This document shows, piece by piece, positions 9,454 through 17,762 of a stretch of 64,000 nucleotides of DNA. Numbering within the stretch: the first letter of the stretch is position 1; every line of letters begins with the position of its first letter. The position numbers and the translations under genes are program-made. Under the pieces are notes generated by a model. It was not told the DNA's origin. It made no database searches and saw nothing but the letters and a program-made list of their open reading frames with translations. This stretch comes from Candidatus Shapirobacteria bacterium. GTDB lineage: Bacteria > Patescibacteriota > Microgenomatia > UBA12405. Location of the stretch: contig JAUYJS010000003.1 of NCBI GenBank assembly GCA_030698565.1, forward strand, positions 12,187 to 76,186, written 5' to 3'.

Positions 9454-9744
9454 ATGAAAACCACACCATCTTCTCTAAAAGATGAACTAAATAAATTCAA
9501 AGAAACTCTGGCTGGTCGACAAAAATATGTTAGAAATGAATTTCAGGCTTATGGATTGGAATTAGCCAAAGAACTTGGTGATTGGAAAAACAAGTCTCTT
9601 TACATTCGATTAGCCAAACAAGTTGATAGAAGTATTCTGGAAAGAGCCCGTTATTTTGTCAAAGATCAGACACCAGCTACCATCAAAACTCCCTATAAAT
9701 TATTCATGTGGAAATTAAAAGAATTGCGAAACAATAAGGTATAA
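9454..9744 (+). CDS. Hypothetical small protein
   Basis: It is an ORF divergent from 8858..9388 with no recognisable motif. Confidence 0.25.
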   Translation: MKTTPSSLKDELNKFKETLAGRQKYVRNEFQAYGLELAKELGDWKNKSLYIRLAKQVDRSILERARYFVKDQTPATIKTPYKLFMWKLKELRNNKV

Positions 9745-9755
9745 TCAAGAGTTAT

Positions 9756-10814
9756 ATGATTTTTCTCAAAACTAATTTAAAAAAGATAATAATCGGTCTA
9801 CTGATATTTTCAGTTGTGACTTTTAGTATCAATAAAATTCGAGCTCAAAGCGACAATATTAACAATCAAAAACTAGATACCAAGAAAGATAAAATTGTCT
9901 TTCCTCAAAAAAAAGACATGAAAGATGAAATTACCCTGACTGGATCCATCGATGCCAGTAAAAAAACTGATCTTAAATTTCAGACATCAGGTCTTTTGGT
10001 CTGGGTGGGAGTCAAAGAAGGGGATAAGGTCAGAAAATGGCAGGCAATTGCCAGTCTAAATAAAAACGACTTGAAAAAAAAGCTACAAGCCGATTTCAAT
10101 GATTACCGATCGGCTCTGTCAACTTTTGACGATACTCAAGACGATTACAAAACCCAAAAGGATAATTTAACTTTGACAGACGATATGAAACGCATCTTGA
10201 TCCGTTCTCAAAATACTCTCAATAATTCAGTCATAAACTACGAACTTTCCGATCTGGCTATAAAATATGCCACCATTTTAAGCCCAATTGATGGCATTGT
10301 CACTCATATTGATCAACCTCTAAGTGGTACCAATATTACCCCAGCTACCGCTACATTTACTATTGTTGACCCAAAAAGTATTTATTTCACTTCATCTATT
10401 AGTCAAGACGATGTCACCAAAATTAAACTTGGTCAAAAAACCGAAATTAATTTAGATAGCTTTCCTGATCAAAATATTAATTCCAAAATTACTTATATTG
10501 CTTTTACCCCAGTTTCAGGCCAAACTTCAACTGTTTATAATGTATATTTTGAACTGCCACTCGACAATTCTACTTTTAATTACCGACTCGGTATGGATGG
10601 TGATGCCAAAATAATTCTGTCTGAATCAAACAATGCCCTTACTCTTCCTGGGAACGCTGTCAAAGAAGAAAATGGTGACAAATATGTTTTAGTAAAAACA
10701 GATGACAATCAATTAACCAAAAAAATAGTTAAAACTGGTATCGAAACCGACGATGATACTGAAATTTTAGAAGGCTTGTCCGAAAATGACCAAGTTGTCA
10801 TCAAACAAAAATAA
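9756..10814 (+). CDS. Periplasmic adaptor (HlyD/MacA membrane-fusion family)
   Basis: It has an N-terminal TM segment and a biotin-lipoyl-like segment (VKEGDKVRKWQAIASL), and sits upstream of an ABC ATPase and permease. Confidence 0.6.
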   Translation: MIFLKTNLKKIIIGLLIFSVVTFSINKIRAQSDNINNQKLDTKKDKIVFPQKKDMKDEITLTGSIDASKKTDLKFQTSGLLVWVGVKEGDKVRKWQAIASLNKNDLKKKLQADFNDYRSALSTFDDTQDDYKTQKDNLTLTDDMKRILIRSQNTLNNSVINYELSDLAIKYATILSPIDGIVTHIDQPLSGTNITPATATFTIVDPKSIYFTSSISQDDVTKIKLGQKTEINLDSFPDQNINSKITYIAFTPVSGQTSTVYNVYFELPLDNSTFNYRLGMDGDAKIILSESNNALTLPGNAVKEENGDKYVLVKTDDNQLTKKIVKTGIETDDDTEILEGLSENDQVVIKQK

Positions 10815-11487
10815 TTCCGAAATCATTTTGGAATTAAAAGATGTTGTCAAATCATATAATTCCGGCGGAACTGTTTTTACAGCGATTAAAGGCGCCAACC
10901 TTCAAATCAAAAAAGGAGAGTTTGTTTCTATTACTGGTCCTTCCGGTTCCGGCAAATCCACTTTAATGCACATCATCGGCCTTTTGGACAACCCCACCTC
11001 TGGTCAAGTCCTTCTTGAAGGCAAGGATATTTCCAAACTTCAAGAACACCAATTGGCTAATTTAAGGAATAAAACATTAGGTTTCGTTTTTCAACAATTC
11101 AATTTATTGCCCAAAACTTCAGCTCTAGAAAATGTCACCTTACCCTTAATTTATTCTGATATTCCTAGCTCAAAAAGAAATGATTTAGGCATAGAAATGT
11201 TAACTAAGGTAAATTTATTAGACAAATTAAAAAATACTCCTGCTCAACTTTCCGGTGGTCAACAACAAAGAGTTGCCATTGCTAGGGCTTTAATTAACAA
11301 TCCCAAAATTATTTTAGCCGACGAGCCAACCGGCAATCTTGACAGTAAATCTGGTGACGAGATCATGGAATTTTTCCATCATTTAAACAAAGACGAAGGT
11401 AGAACCATTGTTTTTGTTACTCACGATCCTGATTTAGCCAAACAAGCCACCCGAATGATTGTTATTAAAGATGGCCGCATATGCTAA
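10786..11487 (+). CDS. ABC transporter ATP-binding protein (MacB/LolD-type)
   Basis: It has Walker A GPSGSGKST, the signature LSGGQQQRVAIARAL and Walker B ILADEPTGNLD. Confidence 0.85.
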   Translation: MTKLSSNKNNSEIILELKDVVKSYNSGGTVFTAIKGANLQIKKGEFVSITGPSGSGKSTLMHIIGLLDNPTSGQVLLEGKDISKLQEHQLANLRNKTLGFVFQQFNLLPKTSALENVTLPLIYSDIPSSKRNDLGIEMLTKVNLLDKLKNTPAQLSGGQQQRVAIARALINNPKIILADEPTGNLDSKSGDEIMEFFHHLNKDEGRTIVFVTHDPDLAKQATRMIVIKDGRIC

Positions 11488-11599
11488 AACCAAGTCCAAG
11501 TGAACTTCTAAATTTCAGCTTTAAATCAATTTTAAAAAAAAAAGTCGGACAGTTCTGACCTCGCTTGGAATTATAATAGGCGTCACCTCTGTCATTTTA

Positions 11600-12703
11600 T
11601 TGACTTCCATTGGCAATGGTCTCAAAAACTATATCAGCAATCAATTTGAAAGCCTCGGGTCAAATTTAGTTTATGTCGCTCCTGGGAAAATTTTTGACGA
11701 CAAAGGCAGATTTAGTAATGGTGGTGGCGGCCATTTTATTACTACTAGTTTTACTCAAGACGACATTTCAGTATTGAAAAGGGGACTCAAAAATACAATA
11801 GTTTTTCCGGCCAACCAAAACCCAGTTGAAATAAAATATAAAAATACTAAAAAAAATACAACATTAGTTGGAACTACCGTCGAATTTGGCAAATATAGAA
11901 ATTTTCTCCCTTCCGAAAATAATGGACGTTGGTTTACCAACGAAGAAAATGACAAAAAAAGTGAGGTTGTTGTTCTGGGCTATCAAATCGCTCAAGATGT
12001 TTTTGGTGACATAAACCCTTTAAATAAAAAAATAATTATTAATGGTAATAATTTAAAAGTTATTGGTATTGTCGACAAAAAGGGCAGTAGTTTTGGCGGC
12101 CCTGATTTGGACAGTTTTGTCTTTATTCCTATTAAAGTCAGCAATAGGATTGTAGGCAACGACCACATCCAAACAATAAGTATTTGGGCTGAAAACAAAG
12201 AAGATATTTCTAATATAAAAGAAGAAGCTAAAAAAATTCTATTAAGTCAAAATTACGACAAAGAAGCTTTTTCTGTTTTTGATTCCAGTCAACTTTTAAG
12301 TAGTATCAACACAATTATTACTGCCCTTACTGTTGCCTTAACCGGTATTGCCGCCATTTCTCTAGTGGTTGGTGGCATTGGAATTATGAATATAATGTTA
12401 GTTACTGTCAGCGAAAGAACCAAAGAAATTGGACTCCGCAAAGCTATTGGTGCTAATCCCAATGCCATTCTCCTTCAGTTTTTAATTGAAGCTGTAATTT
12501 TATCTTGCCTTGGTGGTTTAATTGGTATTTTATTGGGAGCATTAGGCACATTTGCTATCAGTAAATTTTTTCCTGCCCAAATTACTCTTAGTTCTATTCT
12601 ACTAGCTTTTGGGGTTTCCTCTGCTGTCGGTATTATTTTTGGCGTAGCTCCAGCCAGAAAAGCCTCCAAGCTTTCTCCCATCGAAGCTCTTAGATACGAA
12701 TAA
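11600..12703 (+). CDS. ABC transporter permease, FtsX/MacB-like; the N-terminus is probably encoded from 11481 in another frame across an A10 tract
   Basis: The body has a large periplasmic domain and four C-terminal TM segments. Upstream, in frame 0, MLKPSPSELLNFSFKSILKKK runs into the A10 tract. After it, in frame 2, come SRTVLTSLGIIIGVTSVILLTSIGNGL (typical TM1). Confidence 0.75.
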   Translation: MTSIGNGLKNYISNQFESLGSNLVYVAPGKIFDDKGRFSNGGGGHFITTSFTQDDISVLKRGLKNTIVFPANQNPVEIKYKNTKKNTTLVGTTVEFGKYRNFLPSENNGRWFTNEENDKKSEVVVLGYQIAQDVFGDINPLNKKIIINGNNLKVIGIVDKKGSSFGGPDLDSFVFIPIKVSNRIVGNDHIQTISIWAENKEDISNIKEEAKKILLSQNYDKEAFSVFDSSQLLSSINTIITALTVALTGIAAISLVVGGIGIMNIMLVTVSERTKEIGLRKAIGANPNAILLQFLIEAVILSCLGGLIGILLGALGTFAISKFFPAQITLSSILLAFGVSSAVGIIFGVAPARKASKLSPIEALRYE

Positions 12704-12727
12704 GTAGATTTTTGCTATCATTTTAAT

Positions 12728-13291
12728 GTGAGACCTGCATTAAAAAATCATCTTTTTGTATCCATCTCTATTTTTGTAGTAGTCTTCGGTTATTGGTTAA
12801 TATCTCAGCAAAATTTTATCCAATATATTTATTTATTTTTTGGTTTATTACTTGGAACATTTTTTTTGGATATCGACCATATAATTTTTTGGCTATACCT
12901 TAAGCCTGATTTAGACGAAAGTCGTTTAGCCAAAAAAATAATCAAAAATAAAGACTATAAATCCATTCTCATATTATTCAAAACTACTCATCATCATCAC
13001 AATAACTTAATTTTTCATCACTATTTTTTTCAAATCGCTTTGGTTTTAATTTCTTTCTTTGTCTTCACTTCGAGTACCAACGTTTTTGCCATGTCCTTTT
13101 TATTAACTTTAAACACTCATCTTCTGGTAGATGAAATATCCGATTACCAAACCAATCCCAAACATTTACAAAACTGGCTTTTTGCCCGAGAAAACAAGCA
13201 ACTGTCCACCGATAATCTTAAATACTATTTAGGTACATTCATAGTTGTTACTTTTCTTTTTCTCATAAGTCTTCTAAGATTTAAAATATGA
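12728..13291 (+). CDS. Hypothetical His-rich integral membrane protein
   Basis: It has several hydrophobic segments and a His cluster (TTHHHHNNLIFHHYFF). Confidence 0.3.
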   Translation: MRPALKNHLFVSISIFVVVFGYWLISQQNFIQYIYLFFGLLLGTFFLDIDHIIFWLYLKPDLDESRLAKKIIKNKDYKSILILFKTTHHHHNNLIFHHYFFQIALVLISFFVFTSSTNVFAMSFLLTLNTHLLVDEISDYQTNPKHLQNWLFARENKQLSTDNLKYYLGTFIVVTFLFLISLLRFKI

Positions 13292-13806
13292 ATTCAACCG
13301 TTTCTGAAGAAGTTTTTGTTCAAGCCAAGATTTATCTGTCTAGCCAACAAAGGGATTTATTAAGCGATCTAAAAAATATTTTAGAAATATTCAACAAAAA
13401 TGATCATATCAACGACTATTCATTTTTAGTGGCTCCGGCTGCCAAATTATACGAGGGTTACTTAAAAGATTTTTTCTTAAAAATTGGAATAATAAGCCAG
13501 GATGAATATGAAAGCGATCGGTTTAGGGTCGGTAAAACCCTCAACCCTTCATTGCGCTACAAAAGATTTTCAGTATTTCAAAAATTATCTGATTTTCATG
13601 AAAATGGTGAGGAATTAGCCGAAATACTTTGGGACGCCTGGAAATTTGGCCGCAATGAAATTCTTCACTATTTTCCAACTAATCTAAAAAATCTTACCAA
13701 AGAAAACGCTGAAGACAGAATCGTTTTAGTCCTAAACGCCGTAATTAAATCCGGTGAATTTATAAAACAGCATAAATATCTCAAACAAGACCAGGCGTAT
13801 ATTTAG
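13288..13806 (+). CDS. Hypothetical cytoplasmic protein with an Rx4H (HEPN-like) motif
   Basis: It overlaps the upstream gene by ATGA. The GRNEILHY motif fits the HEPN Rx4-6H pattern, which is weak evidence. Confidence 0.25.
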   Translation: MNSTVSEEVFVQAKIYLSSQQRDLLSDLKNILEIFNKNDHINDYSFLVAPAAKLYEGYLKDFFLKIGIISQDEYESDRFRVGKTLNPSLRYKRFSVFQKLSDFHENGEELAEILWDAWKFGRNEILHYFPTNLKNLTKENAEDRIVLVLNAVIKSGEFIKQHKYLKQDQAYI

Positions 13807-14614
13807 TTTTTCCCTCAAAATCCTTAAAAGTTTCTAGTTTAGTTTCCCAAAAAGATAAAGACACCGGAATTTTATCGGCACTTCCCGGCGCATCGACAAT
13901 TAATGTGGGACAAGCCAAACCAGAAACATCTTTTCTCAATTCTGTCATTATTTCAATTTCTTTTTTTAAGGGCACCATAAAGTGTTCAATTCCCGGAATA
14001 TTATTACATTGATAAATATTGTATGGTCTGACACCTAGTTCAATTAATCTAATAAAAAGTTCTTTTAATATTTCAACTGAATCATTAGTACCTTTCAAAA
14101 ACACTGATTGTGAATACAAAATTACACCGGTTTTTCTGATCTTTTCAATAGCCAATTCGACTTTTGAATTTAATTCTTTTGAAGTATTAATATGAATCGA
14201 AAGATAAATTATTTGTTTATATTTTTTACTTAAAATTTTCAAAAATTTTTCTGAAACCAATAGGGGAGCGGTGACCACTGCCCGAGTGTGGATTCTGAAA
14301 ATTTTTAATTGATCCAAAACTTTTAATTTATTTAAAGTGTACTTTAACAAATCTAATACAAATAAAGGCTCGCCTCCTGACAAAATTATTTCAGTAATTT
14401 CTTTATTTTTTTCTATATAATCCACAATTCTATCTATTTCCTCATTAGTCAAAGTTCCTCGCCCTTCTTCTTTTTTACCAATTCTAAAACAAAATTCGCA
14501 CTCAACTGGACATTTTAACGTCAGCTCAATTAAAACTCTGGTTTTATATCTTCTAATTAATCCCTTAACCGGTGTAACCTTATCTTCAAAAAAAATATCT
14601 TTCATTTTATTCAA
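13781..14614 (-). CDS. epmB: Radical SAM KamA-family protein (EF-P beta-lysylation aminomutase EpmB-like)
   Basis: It has the CPVECEFC (CxxxCxxC) and SGGEP motifs, RIHTR, and GVRPYNIYQCNN, a KamA-type C-terminal motif. It is adjacent to an epmA homolog. Confidence 0.65.
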   Translation of the reverse strand: MNKMKDIFFEDKVTPVKGLIRRYKTRVLIELTLKCPVECEFCFRIGKKEEGRGTLTNEEIDRIVDYIEKNKEITEIILSGGEPLFVLDLLKYTLNKLKVLDQLKIFRIHTRAVVTAPLLVSEKFLKILSKKYKQIIYLSIHINTSKELNSKVELAIEKIRKTGVILYSQSVFLKGTNDSVEILKELFIRLIELGVRPYNIYQCNNIPGIEHFMVPLKKEIEIMTELRKDVSGLACPTLIVDAPGSADKIPVSLSFWETKLETFKDFEGKTKYTPGLV

Positions 14615-15596
14615 TCGAAATTAACTTTAAATCATTAATACTTTTAAAATTGGCAAAAATCATAGCCAACCGGTCAACTCCAATAGCTATCCCGGCACAT
14701 TTTGGTAATTGTTTTAAAATTTCAATAAATTCCCAGTCCGGCTCGTATTTTATTAAACCTAATTTTTGTCGTGTTTCAATATCTTTTTTAAATCTTTCTT
14801 GATATTCATCAATAGCTACACCTTCGTTACCGCAATTTCCTAATTCAATCCCATCAATATAAAATTCAAATCTTTCCGCTCGATTATTCTCATTGATTTT
14901 TGTAATGGCGGCTAATTCGGGTGGGTATTCATATATAAAAGTTACCTGTCCATTTTTTCCCAAATTTGGCTCAACTTCGATTCCATAAATTTGAGACCAG
15001 ACATCAGTATAGTCCAAGCCATCTACCCGATATCCTTTCTCTTTGGCTTCGAAAAAAAAATTTTGGTGATCAAAAATATCAGTTATACCCGCATATTTAT
15101 TAAAAGCCTCAGCTACCGTAATTTTTTCGTAATTATCAAAACTAATTATTTTGTCTTGATAATTAATTTCATTTTTGCCAAAAAATTTATTGGCCATAAA
15201 ACTTAATAAACCCATTACATCCTCAGCAATCTTAAAATAATCAGCGTCAACTCGATAAAATTCCAACATAGTAAATTCATAAGAATGCTTTCTTTCTACC
15301 GGCTCTTTATTTCTAAAAGATTTTCCCAAAGAATAACAATTACCAATCCCCGCAGCTATTAGTCTTTTTAAAAATAATTCTGGCGATGGAGTTAAATATA
15401 ATTTTTCTTTATTTTCTGAATACAAATTTTCCGTTTCAAAAACATCCAAATAAGACTCTGGAATTAGTTTAGGTGAAAGTAGGGGAGTATCTACTGCTAA
15501 AAATCCATTATTTTGAAAATACTCGTCAATTAATCGTTTCACTTTTACAAATATCTGGTGATTTTGTAAATTTGCAAATTTAGACTTAATTTTCAT
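14607..15596 (-). CDS. epmA: EF-P lysine ligase EpmA (PoxA/GenX, class II LysRS-like)
   Basis: It has LTPSPELFLKRLIAAGIGNCYSLGKSFRNKEP...EFTMLEFY and GIAIGVDRL class II motifs. Its 329 aa length matches EpmA rather than LysS. Confidence 0.7.
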   Translation of the reverse strand: MKIKSKFANLQNHQIFVKVKRLIDEYFQNNGFLAVDTPLLSPKLIPESYLDVFETENLYSENKEKLYLTPSPELFLKRLIAAGIGNCYSLGKSFRNKEPVERKHSYEFTMLEFYRVDADYFKIAEDVMGLLSFMANKFFGKNEINYQDKIISFDNYEKITVAEAFNKYAGITDIFDHQNFFFEAKEKGYRVDGLDYTDVWSQIYGIEVEPNLGKNGQVTFIYEYPPELAAITKINENNRAERFEFYIDGIELGNCGNEGVAIDEYQERFKKDIETRQKLGLIKYEPDWEFIEILKQLPKCAGIAIGVDRLAMIFANFKSINDLKLISIE

Positions 15597-15707
15597 AAAT
15601 CGAATTATATCAAAATGGGTAACCTGACTACCAATAGTGAATTCTAATTAGGCTAACATTTTTTACATCTATATTGACAAATAACTTTACATTATCTAAA
15701 CTATTAT

Positions 15708-16478
15708 ATGCTTTCAAAATTTATTAAACAATTAAGATTAAAAAATAATTTTAATCAATCATTTGTTGCCGAGCACATTAGTGTCTCTCGTCCAACCTAC
15801 CTCGAAATTGAAAAAGGAACCAGAGACTTAACTATTACCGAAGCTCAAAAACTAGCCGATCTTTTTGGTCTATCTCTTGATTCTCTTTTGAACCAAAACG
15901 AAATTGTTACGGTCGTTGACGATCAAAAAACTGTCATTAAAAAACACGACGATATCCGTATTTCTATCCCCCAAAATAATTTAGAAAAATTTAAACAAGT
16001 ATTACTTTATATTCTCACCAAGGTCGGTTCTAAACCAAATATTGGCGAAACAGCAATTTATAAATTGCTTTATTTTATCGATTTTGATTATTACGAAAAA
16101 TACGAAGAGCAGTTAATAGGCGCCAAATATATCCGCAATAACTACGGCCCGACGCCGGTACATTTTAAGACAATTGTCGAAAAAATGATCAAAGATGGTC
16201 AGCTTGAATCTGTTTCCAGTAAATATTTTCAATATCCTCAAAAAAAATATTTACCAAAAGTATCAGTGAATTTATCAAAATTATCCGGTCAAGAAATCGC
16301 CCACATTGACGATGTTTTAGCTCGGTTGTCTGGTAAAAGCGCCAAAGAATTAACCGAATATTCTCATACCGACAATCCTTGGATGACAAAAAAATCAGGT
16401 GAGGTTTTAGATTATGAATCTGTTTTTTATCGTGATGTCGCTCATTCAGTGCGGGACAATAGCCATGATCAATTATGA
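15708..16478 (+). CDS. XRE-family HTH protein with a C-terminal DUF4065 (Panacea) domain, a putative antitoxin
   Basis: The N-terminal HTH is QSFVAEHISVSRPTYLEIEKG. The C-terminal segment KLLYFIDFDYYEKYEEQLIGAKYIRNNYGP resembles DUF4065. Confidence 0.55.
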   Translation: MLSKFIKQLRLKNNFNQSFVAEHISVSRPTYLEIEKGTRDLTITEAQKLADLFGLSLDSLLNQNEIVTVVDDQKTVIKKHDDIRISIPQNNLEKFKQVLLYILTKVGSKPNIGETAIYKLLYFIDFDYYEKYEEQLIGAKYIRNNYGPTPVHFKTIVEKMIKDGQLESVSSKYFQYPQKKYLPKVSVNLSKLSGQEIAHIDDVLARLSGKSAKELTEYSHTDNPWMTKKSGEVLDYESVFYRDVAHSVRDNSHDQL

Positions 16479-16809
16479 GAGACTAACTATTTTTGATAAA
16501 GAATTTAAACGGTTGTTCAAAAAATATCGTTCACTGGATAAAGATTTGGACATTTTAAAAGCCACTTTAGAATTATTTCCCACTGGTCAAAGTAACAATT
16601 CCGAAATCGTTCACCACAGTGACAATATCAAAATTGTTAAAACTCGTTTATTTTGTCGATATCTTAAAGGTTCAACCTTAAGACTTACTTACGCATATCA
16701 CCAAATCGAAAACAAAATATGTTTTCTTGAAATTTATTATAAAGGCGATAAGGAAAATGAAGACAGAGAGAGAATAAAAGATTATCTAAAAGAAATGGCT
16801 GTAAAATAA
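16465..16809 (+). CDS. RelE/StbE-family toxin-like protein
   Basis: It starts with the ATG inside catgatcaattatga, overlapping the upstream stop. MINYERLTIFDKEFKRLFKKYRSLDKDLDILKATLELFPTG and ...RLTYAYHQIENKICFLEIYYKGDKEN match the RelE fold pattern. Confidence 0.5.
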   Translation: MINYERLTIFDKEFKRLFKKYRSLDKDLDILKATLELFPTGQSNNSEIVHHSDNIKIVKTRLFCRYLKGSTLRLTYAYHQIENKICFLEIYYKGDKENEDRERIKDYLKEMAVK

Positions 16810-16871
16810 CCTAATTATCAATAAACTAACAACCATTGACATAATAATTATATCTAGTAACATAAGACATT

Positions 16872-17075
16872 ATGTCGAATAAAAAAGTTGTTGTTGATCA
16901 AGATAAGTGTATCGGTTGCAACACCTGCCCATTGATTGATCCAGAAACTTTTGAACTAGACCAAGAAACCTATAAAGCTAAAGTCAAAAAACAACCGGAT
17001 ACTATTACAGAGACAATAGACATGAGCATTTCATCTTGTCCCGTCGGCGCCATCTCCATAGTTGAAGAAGAATGA
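16872..17075 (+). CDS. Small 4Fe-4S ferredoxin
   Basis: It has CIGCNTCP...SSCPVGAI cysteine motifs in 67 aa. Confidence 0.7.
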   Translation: MSNKKVVVDQDKCIGCNTCPLIDPETFELDQETYKAKVKKQPDTITETIDMSISSCPVGAISIVEEE

Positions 17076-17617
17076 AATTAAATTCTCATCAAATTAGAAA
17101 AAGTAAGGTGGAAACTGCTCAACTTGAGAGGGAAAATATAAAGCGCAATCCCATTGTTTTAGTTTTGGACAATGTTTTGGACACTTACAACATTGGTTCT
17201 TTTTTTAGATTAGCCGATGCCATTGCCGCCCAAAAAATTTATCTTTGCGGACCAGTAGTTACTCCGCCGAATATTAAAATTCATCGAGCTTCGATTGGCA
17301 CCTGGAAATGGATTCCTTGGGAACACTATTCTTCTACCATCAAATGTCTTCTAAAATTAAAAGAAGAAGGTTATCAAATTATAGCCTGTGAACAAGCATC
17401 CAACAGTGTTGATTATTTAAAAGCCAAATATAAATTTCCTATCGCCATAATTGCCGGCAGCGAGTCAGAAGGTATTTTCAAAGAAGTCCTAAAATTAGCA
17501 GATGTCATTACTGAAATTCCCATGCACGGTATTAATATTTCTTTAAATGTTTTGGTCGCCACTTCCATAATTAGTTACGACGCACTAAACAAAATAAGCA
17601 ATAATTTCCAACGTTAG
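17072..17617 (+). CDS. SpoU/TrmH-family RNA 2'-O-methyltransferase
   Basis: It has SPOUT motifs: IAIIAGSESEGI and EIPMHGINISLNVLVATSI. Confidence 0.7.
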   Translation: MKLNSHQIRKSKVETAQLERENIKRNPIVLVLDNVLDTYNIGSFFRLADAIAAQKIYLCGPVVTPPNIKIHRASIGTWKWIPWEHYSSTIKCLLKLKEEGYQIIACEQASNSVDYLKAKYKFPIAIIAGSESEGIFKEVLKLADVITEIPMHGINISLNVLVATSIISYDALNKISNNFQR

Positions 17618-17762
17618 GCAAAAGATAAAAATAAATAAATTTTATCAAAATTTAATAAAAAATATCCCTATCTTACCGAATATTTTGCTTATTGTAAAGC
17701 TAATTTTGCTCTGTTACAATGGATTTGTTCTAATTTATTTAAAAAACTAAAAATTATCGAAT

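Noticed and set aside
16476-16478. Possible UGA recoding (alternative genetic code typical of some CPR lineages)
   Set aside because: TGA terminates several well-conserved genes at the expected C-termini (for example the HTH-Panacea gene). The standard code is assumed.
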